From: an uncultured virus (IMG/VR IMGVR_UViG_3300037493_005562)
Lineage: Duplodnaviria; Heunggongvirae; Uroviricota; Caudoviricetes
Length of the DNA: 29,576 nt
Reading direction: 5' to 3' (one strand)
Virus record (IMG/VR): IMGVR_UViG_3300037493_005562
How positions within the stretch are numbered: the first letter of the stretch is position 1; each line of letters opens with the position of its first letter. Positions 7,286 through 15,711 of the stretch are shown here, piece after piece. The notes below the pieces were generated by a model. It was given only the letters and a program-made list of their open reading frames with translations, made no database searches and had not been told where the DNA came from. The position numbers and the translations under genes were made by a program.

Positions 7286-10039
7286 CTACGTGCCGCGCGG
7301 CCCCAGGAACACATCGGCAGCGATTTTCGGGTACGTGTCCAGTGCTAAGAGAAGTTGATCGACAGACGTACCGGGTGGAAGAAACAGAGAGCCCTGTCCG
7401 GACGTCAGGAAGCCGCGAAACTCGTGATACTCCTGCGCGCGAAGGAGTTTTTGTGCGAAGGCCCACCCTTCGCGCATCGTGTCGACGATCGCTCGGTAGC
7501 GGTCTCGATCGGATTTCACGAGAACGACTTCACTTTCCAGTCGTTGAATCTGCATCGCGTACTTCATGGCAGACTCTTCGACGCGCCGCGTACGCCCTTG
7601 TTTCCGCTCGGCCTCAAGCGCCGCGTCCACGCGCTTCCGATGAACAGGCGAGAGCGTCTCCTTCACGCCGAACGCCTTGAGGAGCTTCACAACCAATTGC
7701 TCGATCGCAGGGAGCAGGTGCGCGGTCGAGAACCCGAGGTCCTCGCGCTGCACGGCCCAGGGCTCGTTGTGTCCTTGTCCCATGAACGGGAGATGGGCGA
7801 CTTCGTGCGATGCAACGCCGTGGAGGTATCCTGCAATGGCCCACGGCTTTTCCTTGAACGCGTCGATCACTTCCTCGAACTTGTCAGGCTGGAGCAATAC
7901 GAAGTTCTTGAACGACCGCGTGCCGATATCGCCGTCCGAGGTGGTGAGTCCTCGTACCGTTGAATCGAGCACGAACCCTGGCTTGAAAGGGATCGTGACC
8001 TTTAGTACACGCCCTGTTTCCTTCTGCGTTCCGAACGACCCTTCGCCTGCGATCATCCGAAGGGTCATGTCCCACAACACGAGCATCGGAATGTACTTCT
8101 TGGCGTTGCGCATGAACTTGCGCGCGGCGTCCTTGTCGTAGGTCTCCGTGTTCACCTTCACGGCCCCCGCTGCACCGAAGGGGTTTACGTCCTCAGCGCG
8201 CTTGCGAGCTTTTGCGACGGTCTCGGGTGTTGCAGCGGGGTGTACTTCGGAGGATGCGACGATCATCCGGTTCAGTTGCGCGAGGATCACGGAGAGGGTG
8301 GTCGTGTCCTGGGCCACGGTTTCACCCGAGGCTGAGCGTGAACCACGTTCACGAGTCACTTGGATCGCGTCGATGAGTCGTCGCGCGTCATCCGGAGTGA
8401 TGGCTTCGCCCCGTTGGAGAGTCGATGCGAGATCCACGGCCCACTCGGCAGGCTCGCCCCCTTCCGCAACGTGGCGCACGACGTCGAGTACAACGGTGCC
8501 GAGCTTCTTTCGGCCTTCTTCGGTTTGCGCTTCTCCCGTTGACCGAGGCATCACACCCGACCAGGATCGGAAATTGTCGTAGGGGTCTGCGGGTCCTTGC
8601 GGCGGCTCTGGGGTTCCGGGGTCGCGCGGAGCAGGTTGGCCCCTCGTGCTGCGCTGCTGTGTCTCAGGTTTCTGCTTCTCGTAGAAGTCCACCATTCCCG
8701 AAGCAAGCTCGTTGAGCGTCGCTACGAAGTCGGGATCTTCTGCGACTTCGCGGAACTGCGACGCGAATTCTGCGGCGCCTTCTCGTTCTCGCTCGTCAGA
8801 CGAGTCGGGGAGGTACGTCGTCCACTGTTTCCGCTGTGCCGCTGACGCTGCCTCGTTCGACACGTTCTTCTTGATCTGCGCGTATGACGCAGCGGAAGGG
8901 CTGTTGGGGTTCCAGTCCTCACGAGAAGCGTTGAGGGGGTACTCACGCTTGGTCGGTTTGTTCGTGGTCTCGACGTCGAGCACGATGTCACTTGGAAGCG
9001 CGACGTTTCCATCGGGACGTTCCGAAAACTGGAACAGACCGTTCAGGCGAATGTAGAGGAGCCCACTTCCGGTTCCGACTCCCCGGCGGTACCCGCGGAT
9101 CTCGGTGGCGTTCCCCTCGCCCCAGGGGATAGGGAACGAGAATTCGAGTTTGGATCCCCGACGTCCTGAGAAGAACGGCGTCACCATGTCGCCATTGAAC
9201 ATCAAGCTCACGTCCGGCGTGTCGCTGTACGCGAGGATGTTCTTCACGCGTGTCTGCGCGTTGAGCCCTGATTCAAACAGATGGCTCCACTCGTCACGAA
9301 TGATCACGTCACGCACGGTGATTTTGGTTCCCCGTCGAGGCTCTACGCCTTCGGTCACCTCGTAGTCGTACGTGCCAGGAATTGTGATGAGGTGCGTGTT
9401 CCGAGTGTGAATCTCTACGTTATCCGTTGTAGACACTCCGAAGATGACCGCTTTCGCCATGCCAAAGCCACCTGCCGACGCGGGAGAGCCGCGTTCCGCG
9501 GGAATTTCCTCGCCCCCTTCTCCGATCCCCGAAGGCTTCGACGTAGCTCCGAGGTTCATGAGCTTCTCTTCGAGAGTCTTGACATCCATGCCGATGCCGT
9601 TGTCCTCGAACACGATCTCGCCGATGTTCCGACCTTCGGCGTTCGTCCCCGTCGTACGAAGCGTAACGGAAAAGTACCCTTCGCCCTTCGGCACGTGGAG
9701 TGCCCCTCGCGAACGGTATGACGCGCGGATAGCGTCGACCGAGTTCTGCATCGCTTCACGTGTGGCGAGGGCAAGCAGATCGCCGCTCTTGTACAGCTTT
9801 TCCGCTGCGATTTTCCATACGGCTGCGACGTCCACGCCTCGCTGCCCCCGCCGCGCAACGGGTGCTGGAACTCCAGACGCGCCGGAGCGTGAGTCCTCGA
9901 TGTTCTCGTACAGGGCCGCGCGCCGCAACGAGTCTCCGACTTCTCGGAGGTACTCACGGGTCTCAGGGGAGCGCGTCACAAGCATCATCCCGTAAACGAG
10001 ATCCGGCGAGACGGTGCGCTGCTTGATACGAGTCACCAT
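7286..10039 (-). CDS. GHKL (HATPase_c/Hsp90-like) ATPase with a C-terminal HExxH zincin-like motif and coiled coil
   Basis: N-box REAMQNSVDA, G1 FEDNGIGMD, G2 GGFGMAK, motif IV GTKITV; SHEVAHLPFMGQGHNEPW near the C-terminus; GGAGAGG RBS. Confidence 0.88.
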   Translation of the reverse strand: MVTRIKQRTVSPDLVYGMMLVTRSPETREYLREVGDSLRRAALYENIEDSRSGASGVPAPVARRGQRGVDVAAVWKIAAEKLYKSGDLLALATREAMQNSVDAIRASYRSRGALHVPKGEGYFSVTLRTTGTNAEGRNIGEIVFEDNGIGMDVKTLEEKLMNLGATSKPSGIGEGGEEIPAERGSPASAGGFGMAKAVIFGVSTTDNVEIHTRNTHLITIPGTYDYEVTEGVEPRRGTKITVRDVIIRDEWSHLFESGLNAQTRVKNILAYSDTPDVSLMFNGDMVTPFFSGRRGSKLEFSFPIPWGEGNATEIRGYRRGVGTGSGLLYIRLNGLFQFSERPDGNVALPSDIVLDVETTNKPTKREYPLNASREDWNPNSPSAASYAQIKKNVSNEAASAAQRKQWTTYLPDSSDEREREGAAEFASQFREVAEDPDFVATLNELASGMVDFYEKQKPETQQRSTRGQPAPRDPGTPEPPQGPADPYDNFRSWSGVMPRSTGEAQTEEGRKKLGTVVLDVVRHVAEGGEPAEWAVDLASTLQRGEAITPDDARRLIDAIQVTRERGSRSASGETVAQDTTTLSVILAQLNRMIVASSEVHPAATPETVAKARKRAEDVNPFGAAGAVKVNTETYDKDAARKFMRNAKKYIPMLVLWDMTLRMIAGEGSFGTQKETGRVLKVTIPFKPGFVLDSTVRGLTTSDGDIGTRSFKNFVLLQPDKFEEVIDAFKEKPWAIAGYLHGVASHEVAHLPFMGQGHNEPWAVQREDLGFSTAHLLPAIEQLVVKLLKAFGVKETLSPVHRKRVDAALEAERKQGRTRRVEESAMKYAMQIQRLESEVVLVKSDRDRYRAIVDTMREGWAFAQKLLRAQEYHEFRGFLTSGQGSLFLPPGTSVDQLLLALDTYPKIAADVFLGPRGT

Positions 10040-10117
10040 TTGGTACGTTCCTCTCCGAGGCAGACCGGGTTATCATGCCACGACACCACGTATCGTACTG
10101 CACCGACGGGAGCCTCT

Positions 10118-11848
10118 GTGGCTGTATCTGACTACGACAAGTTTGCTTCTTGGGTCGCCCGGGGCATGCGGGATCAGACGTTCGCGCAGAACTTCGACGA
10201 TGTTGACTTCGTAGTCATCAACAAGCTTCTGGGCGTCACGACACATCGGAGCTTCGTCGCGGATATCCTGCGCCCCACCCTGAGAGGGGAGGTGGCTCCG
10301 GTGCGTCGAGGGCGTAGCGGTCCGGATCGGTCTACGGACCGGACGGTTCGACCGAACCCCCTCGATAAGATCGAAGGTCGGATTTCTCCGGGCCTCTTGA
10401 AGGCAGTCCAAGAGACTCCGTGGGGCGCCCCCGAGAGCACGAGCGCGGCCGAGATCGTGTGGCGGGATCCTGAAGGTTCAGGGCGTGTTGTACGGATCTT
10501 TCGGGAAGGAGCGCGTTGGCGCGCGGCGGCGGACGGTGTGCGTATCCCCCCGCGTAAGAAGCGTCTCCAGGGGGGAGAACTAGGGACGGAAGACAAGGTG
10601 TCGCCGCTCGACGCCATCAAGCTCGCTATCGAGGCCATGGCTCCCCACCGGACACTCGTACCTGTGGAAATCGTTCCGCCTGCGCCCGACGAGACGCTTC
10701 GTATTTTGATTGTGGGGGCCACGCCGGAAAACTGGACGTATCAAGCCTCCGAGTCCTACCCCGAGAGCGGGCTCATTATCTGGACGCACCTCGACGACCG
10801 GGTCATTCTGCGGGACCTCGGGGTGGAGGCAAAGAAGGGCTCCCTGGAGTCCGTTGAAGGAGAGTCTTCCTGGCGTCTTGATACACCCGGGGGGCAGTTC
10901 CCCGAACGGTGGGACGACATCCTTACGGCGCTCGACGCGGCACGGGTCTTTATGGAGGGCTACCGACCGGCTGCGGTGCCTCCGGCACGCATCGCGTTCA
11001 GCGGTCCTGAGTGGGCGGTGGCGATCGTGGATCACGTACAGGATCTCGGAGTCTCCCGATGGCTTACGGACCTCGGTTTCGAGGGGTACGTTCTCCAGCC
11101 TCCGAGCATGCAGGGTCGCTTGTTGCAGGTCGAGTGGTTGAAAGCCGACCCCGCGGACTCCAACAAGGCACGCGCAGGCTTCATCCTCGAAGCGTCGGAA
11201 CTTTCTCCGGATGGGAAGATCAAGCTCAAGAGGTCGTTTAAGTCATCCCGCGCTCACGTGATGGCACCGCAGATGGCGGTCTCGTCGGCCGACGAGATCG
11301 AGATCGACAAGTTCATTCCAGAAGAATGGGTCATTGACATTGTGCTTCCGCGGGTTCCGGCCACGCACGAACGGCTGGCGGACGGTCGCGAGACCATTGA
11401 GAAAAACGAGGTGGGCGACGAGACGCTCGCGTGGATCTACACCGTCATTGCCCGGGCGATCGAATCGTTGCTTGAAGACACCGTCGAGGCTCTTTGCGCT
11501 CCCGGTGGTGTGGACCGCGCTGTCGCCGCACTCTGTACGGAGGAAGGCAAGATCGCTATCTCGACCTCGCTGGCTGTGGCTAGCTACGGCGGGTCATACC
11601 TCGGAGAGATGGCCGCTAAGAGGTTCAGTCGCGCGTCGGTCACGGACGCCCTGCACGCGCGTCTTTGCTCGCCGGGGGGCCGTCAGATCGTGCAACGTGT
11701 GATCACGTCGGCCTGCTCGATGCCCCGCCCTGAGATTCGGGGGATGCTCTCGGGCGGTTCGGATTCCGCGACGGCGCGCACAGATGTTGATCCTGCGCGG
11801 GCTCGCACCAGCGTAGACTATGCGAGTGCCCGCACGGTTAGGTTCTAG
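10118..11848 (+). CDS. large hypothetical protein (~576 aa)
   Basis: Long ORF; GTG at 10118 follows GGGAG. The ORF-track start at 10040 would abut the divergent gene and overlie its RBS. Confidence 0.8.
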   Translation: MAVSDYDKFASWVARGMRDQTFAQNFDDVDFVVINKLLGVTTHRSFVADILRPTLRGEVAPVRRGRSGPDRSTDRTVRPNPLDKIEGRISPGLLKAVQETPWGAPESTSAAEIVWRDPEGSGRVVRIFREGARWRAAADGVRIPPRKKRLQGGELGTEDKVSPLDAIKLAIEAMAPHRTLVPVEIVPPAPDETLRILIVGATPENWTYQASESYPESGLIIWTHLDDRVILRDLGVEAKKGSLESVEGESSWRLDTPGGQFPERWDDILTALDAARVFMEGYRPAAVPPARIAFSGPEWAVAIVDHVQDLGVSRWLTDLGFEGYVLQPPSMQGRLLQVEWLKADPADSNKARAGFILEASELSPDGKIKLKRSFKSSRAHVMAPQMAVSSADEIEIDKFIPEEWVIDIVLPRVPATHERLADGRETIEKNEVGDETLAWIYTVIARAIESLLEDTVEALCAPGGVDRAVAALCTEEGKIAISTSLAVASYGGSYLGEMAAKRFSRASVTDALHARLCSPGGRQIVQRVITSACSMPRPEIRGMLSGGSDSATARTDVDPARARTSVDYASARTVRF

Positions 11849-11851
11849 CTC

Positions 11852-13090
11852 ATGTCACTCGACGTCGGAGCGTCCATCCCGATCTCAGCGGGGCTCGTGA
11901 TTTGGAAGCGAGATGCTTCGGGTCAGGTCTCCCTGCTTCTCGTGCATCCTACGAACGCGAAGTGGCAGGGCACGTACTCGATCCCGAAGGGGCACTTGGA
12001 TCCCGAAGAGCTAGTTGCGGAGAAGCGCAGCTTCTTGACAGGCGCGCTTCCTGCGGCGCTTCGAGAGACATCCGAAGAAATTGGATGGGATTTTCAGCCA
12101 AACGAGGTCACCTTCGGCGGGATCCTCGAAAACGTAAAGGGCGGGGTGGTCAAGAAGCTCGTTTACTTCTTCTTCGCGGACGGTAGTGCGTTGCCGAACG
12201 TGCTTCCCAAAGGCGGCCTCCAGCTTGATGAGGTTGATTGGGCGGGGTTCGTGCCTGTGTCCGACGCGCCCTCGAAGATGACGAGCTACCTCGCTCCGAT
12301 CGTGGGGTACCTGCTGAAATATTTGGAAGCTCGACAGGCGCCCACTGTCGCGCGTACAACCCTTCCACGCACGCACCCTGAGCCTACGACGGTTCGTGAG
12401 TGGCTCGAACGCGGAGCGAGCGACCGAGGGTTCGCGTCGCGCTTCTCGTCCGTTGATTTTCCGAAGTCGCGGCGCGCGGCACACGAGCACCCCGATGTTC
12501 TTCGGGATCTTGGGGTCTCGATTTATCCCGAGGGGATCGTGTACTCGTCCCTCGCCTCGGGTACGGACACGTACTTCACCCATCGATGGGACCTGCCTGA
12601 TGGCTCTACCGTAGGCATCTATCCCTGGACGTGGTTCGGCAGCTCTGCGGATGGCTACTACCTTCCGCCGGGATCCTTTACGGTCGCGATGTGGTTCGAT
12701 CGCGCAAGGGCTTCAGACCCTGACGAGATTGAACAATTCGCGCAGTGGAAAGGTCTAGGTGAGGGCGACGCGCTCATGTACGCGTACAGGAAGTACGGCG
12801 TGGCAATCCCCGGGATGGAAGCGACCCCCGGCGAAGACGTGGTTGCCCAACGGTCGATCGGGGATGAGCCGGACGACGGAGACGAACCCGAATTTGAGCC
12901 CGAGCCGGAACCCGTCCCCGTTTCAGCGAGCGGCAAGACCGTTGACTTCCAGGGCGTGCAGGTGCTCGGCAGCAAGGGACGCCCGAAGGTGTTCCGCAGC
13001 GAGCAGGACGCAGATGACGAGGCCGACATGCTCGGGAGGCGCTGGCGCGTGTACGAGTTCTCGGGTCGGTACTACGTTGGCCGCGCGTAG
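11852..13090 (+). CDS. Nudix hydrolase domain fused to an unknown C-terminal region
   Basis: ISAGLVIW..LLLVH..YSIPKGHLDPEE...AALRETSEEIG..EVDWAGF; starts 3 nt after the previous stop. Confidence 0.85.
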   Translation: MSLDVGASIPISAGLVIWKRDASGQVSLLLVHPTNAKWQGTYSIPKGHLDPEELVAEKRSFLTGALPAALRETSEEIGWDFQPNEVTFGGILENVKGGVVKKLVYFFFADGSALPNVLPKGGLQLDEVDWAGFVPVSDAPSKMTSYLAPIVGYLLKYLEARQAPTVARTTLPRTHPEPTTVREWLERGASDRGFASRFSSVDFPKSRRAAHEHPDVLRDLGVSIYPEGIVYSSLASGTDTYFTHRWDLPDGSTVGIYPWTWFGSSADGYYLPPGSFTVAMWFDRARASDPDEIEQFAQWKGLGEGDALMYAYRKYGVAIPGMEATPGEDVVAQRSIGDEPDDGDEPEFEPEPEPVPVSASGKTVDFQGVQVLGSKGRPKVFRSEQDADDEADMLGRRWRVYEFSGRYYVGRA

Positions 13091-13092
13091 AA

Positions 13093-14592
13093 ATGGGCGA
13101 CGTCGTCCGACTCACCGTGGATCTTCAAGCCTGGACGTTGTTGCCGCCCGAAGTGTCGGGCGCTGCTCGAACCGTCAGGCAGAAGACGAACGAGTACGGG
13201 ACTGTCGAGGTCGTCGTAGAAGCAGACTTGGAGGCGTTCGCCGCGCTCCTGAGCTGGCTGAACGAGAACGTCGAGCGGCTCGTTCCTGGACGGATCGGAG
13301 ACAGCACCCCCCCGCACCCGCTCCGTTGGCAGTTGTTCGATGTGCGTGAAAAGATCGACCGCGCCGTCACGCGGCTGACAAAGGCCGCTGCACAGGCAGC
13401 TCGTGAGCCCGGTGTTCTGGACGAGACAGAAAAGGAGACGCTGCGCAAGGTGCTGAAAGGCACCACGACGGGCATGACTCAGCGCAAGATCGACAACGCG
13501 GCCAAGACGATTGGGTTCTCTCCGGCTCCGACGGTAGGTCGTTTTGGGCAAGTGGTCGATCCTGGTGTGAAGATGGACGACTACGGACGCCCCCTCGGGC
13601 CCAACAACCGTTTCCGTCTCGCCGCGGCGAGGGCGCTCGGCGTTGAACTGCCCGAGGTTCAAGCCGAACGTGAGGCTTGGGAGACCGAGAACGGCTTCCG
13701 TGCTCCGAAGGTCGACCCGAAGCAGTGGGACCGGCGCACGTGCGCGGCCTGTTGGGGCGCCTACGCGATGTTGCCGCGTGGCGGGGGGCTCACCCATCAC
13801 GGGTACACGCGCCCCGGGTGGGGGCACATCGTCGGGGATTGTGCCGGGGTTCGGACAGAGCCTTGGGAAGTCTCGCCGAATGTTGCGCGGGCGACCCTTC
13901 GCGGCCAGGAAGATCGGGCAGCGCGTCTTCGAGAGATCGATGAAGGCAGGGTCAAGATCACGAAGGCTCCGGCACCTGCAACCAAGATCGAGATTTTTCG
14001 AACCCACGATTACTTCAAGACGCGTATCGTCGCGAACGCCGCGCGTGAGGCCAAGACGCGCGGACCTATCCAAATTTGGTGGAACACCGAGCAGGAGGTT
14101 TGGGGGTTGATGAGCGCCGTAGATCAGCCTTTGCGATGGGACGTCTTCGGGGTTGTCCCCTCGGACGGAAAATTCCTACCCGGCGTGAAGTACGATGCTG
14201 CGTTTCTGAACGACGACGTGCGCGACGGTAAAATCCTGGTCGGGCCCGGAGACTCGCGCTGGGAGAAGGCTCTTCGTAACGCACTGGACGACGTTCACCG
14301 TACGCTCAGGTACCTGTGGCGTCCCGGCTTCGGGAGCGTTCCCTGGCTCCGGGCTGCGATCCGCTTGTGGAAGCCGTCCGAAACCGGACCCGTGGGTGCT
14401 CCGAACCTCAATTACCCCGAGGACTACGCACACAGCGACTTCGAGGGTCGTTCGAGGATCGACGGCACGTTCGACTGGTGGATCACGAGCGAACACGCGG
14501 ACGAGGTACTCGGAGCCGAAGTGGACACCGCTCGAAGCACCGTGACCTCACACCCCGCCGCCCTGCACGAGATTCTGGTTCCGGGGGAGTAG
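13093..14592 (+). CDS. hypothetical phage protein with a CxxC...HHGY.RPG...C putative Zn-binding motif
   Basis: 499-aa ORF; TCAACWG...LTHHGYTRPGWGHIVGDCAG. Confidence 0.8.
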   Translation: MGDVVRLTVDLQAWTLLPPEVSGAARTVRQKTNEYGTVEVVVEADLEAFAALLSWLNENVERLVPGRIGDSTPPHPLRWQLFDVREKIDRAVTRLTKAAAQAAREPGVLDETEKETLRKVLKGTTTGMTQRKIDNAAKTIGFSPAPTVGRFGQVVDPGVKMDDYGRPLGPNNRFRLAAARALGVELPEVQAEREAWETENGFRAPKVDPKQWDRRTCAACWGAYAMLPRGGGLTHHGYTRPGWGHIVGDCAGVRTEPWEVSPNVARATLRGQEDRAARLREIDEGRVKITKAPAPATKIEIFRTHDYFKTRIVANAAREAKTRGPIQIWWNTEQEVWGLMSAVDQPLRWDVFGVVPSDGKFLPGVKYDAAFLNDDVRDGKILVGPGDSRWEKALRNALDDVHRTLRYLWRPGFGSVPWLRAAIRLWKPSETGPVGAPNLNYPEDYAHSDFEGRSRIDGTFDWWITSEHADEVLGAEVDTARSTVTSHPAALHEILVPGE

Positions 14593-14636
14593 CGGTTCGT
14601 GGCCGGACTGGTTACGTAGCCAGCCTGGAGTCCGAG

Positions 14637-14867
14637 ATGGGCGTTGAAACACAGGCTGACCGACTTCATCGCGACGCGGCGAACAACCTTGAGAAGTGTC
14701 TTCCTTTTTTGAAGAACGCACTGGACGCGCTTGACGAGATGCAGGAGCCCGATTGCTGGGGCTACGACGAGTACACCGACGCGTTTCGGGCAACCATCGA
14801 GGAGTCTCAGGAAGATTTGTTCTTGATCCGGAAAAAGCTTCGGTCCATCATCTCGGCCCTGGATTAG
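14637..14867 (+). CDS. hypothetical helical protein (76 aa)
   Basis: GGAG RBS before ATG 14637; amphipathic helical pattern. Confidence 0.65.
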   Translation: MGVETQADRLHRDAANNLEKCLPFLKNALDALDEMQEPDCWGYDEYTDAFRATIEESQEDLFLIRKKLRSIISALD

Positions 14868-14870
14868 CCC

Positions 14871-15143
14871 TTGAAACCTGAAACATGGGACCTCCTTGCG
14901 AAGGCACTCGTGGCGTACCAGAACACGGACGCCGCGGTGATCAAGAAGATCGACATCCTGAAAGACCCGAGTGGCGGTCTGGACCCGACACTCGGAGTGA
15001 TTGCGATGTCGGAAATCGCATTTGCGGGCGGGAATCTCGCGGACACTCTCCGCACCGTGCTCTTGATGGATCGACCCGAAGGTAGGGGCGTACTGGCCGC
15101 CGCCGATCACGTGGACCTCGAACCCGACGAGCTGAAGCTTTGA
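14871..15143 (+). CDS. hypothetical protein (90 aa)
   Basis: Fills the operon gap; overlaps the next ORF. Confidence 0.6.
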   Translation: MKPETWDLLAKALVAYQNTDAAVIKKIDILKDPSGGLDPTLGVIAMSEIAFAGGNLADTLRTVLLMDRPEGRGVLAAADHVDLEPDELKL

Positions 15144-15361
15144 GCGAGGTCGACATGACAGATCCCGACCCCATGGACCCGCCCGAGGACTCGCTTCGGT
15201 TGTACCGCATCGCGGTGTTTGCCTACCGCGACGCCTTCAAGGCTGGAAAGGTTACGTCGGCCGAACGCGTGGCGATGGGCAAGGCGTACAGAGCGCTATC
15301 TCGGGAGGATCAGCTCAAAGCGGATGCGTTCTGGGAACAGGCGCAGAAGGAATGGCCTTGA
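15140..15361 (+). CDS. hypothetical protein (~70 aa; start may be ATG 15155)
   Basis: Coupled ORF; GAGG precedes the second Met. Confidence 0.6.
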   Translation: MSEVDMTDPDPMDPPEDSLRLYRIAVFAYRDAFKAGKVTSAERVAMGKAYRALSREDQLKADAFWEQAQKEWP

Positions 15362-15624
15362 TCTACTGCACGAACTGTCACGGCAGCTTCTTCCGCCCCT
15401 GTCCCAAGTGCCACCCGGACCTTTCGGACTTTGTCTGCGACCGCTGCGGCCAGTCTTCCTGGGCGGAAGGACGAGGCCCGCCGACATCCTGGCGAAACGT
15501 CTTCACCTCAGCGCTCGGTGCGGTCTTCGGAGGTTGCCTTGCAGGTCCTCCAGGCGCGCTGGTCGGCGGACTCCTTGGTTTTTTCGCCGGATCTGCGCCT
15601 GGGTTTTTTCGAGGACAGAAATGA
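15352..15624 (+). CDS. small Zn-ribbon protein with a glycine-zipper membrane segment
   Basis: Three CxxC pairs (CTNC, CPKC, CDRC) then GAVFGGCLAGPPGALVGGLLGFFAG; AAGGA RBS. Confidence 0.7.
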   Translation: MALIYCTNCHGSFFRPCPKCHPDLSDFVCDRCGQSSWAEGRGPPTSWRNVFTSALGAVFGGCLAGPPGALVGGLLGFFAGSAPGFFRGQK

Positions 15625-15655
15625 GAATCCACACACCAGAACCCGTCAAAGGCCG
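15622..15655 (+). repeat. 34-bp direct repeat, copy 1 (truncated 5' end of the phosphoesterase gene, MRIHTPEPVKGRS*)
   Basis: tgagaatccacacaccagaacccgtcaaaggccg; 32/34 identical to 16342-16375. Confidence 0.95.
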
Positions 15656-15711
15656 ATCCTGAATGAGATCGACGACGTCTGGAACTATGACTGAGATACC
15701 GAGGAGCGCCT

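Noticed and set aside
13072..14073. 333-aa minus-strand ORF
   Set aside because: Antisense to the 499-aa gene; R/P-rich with no recognisable motif.
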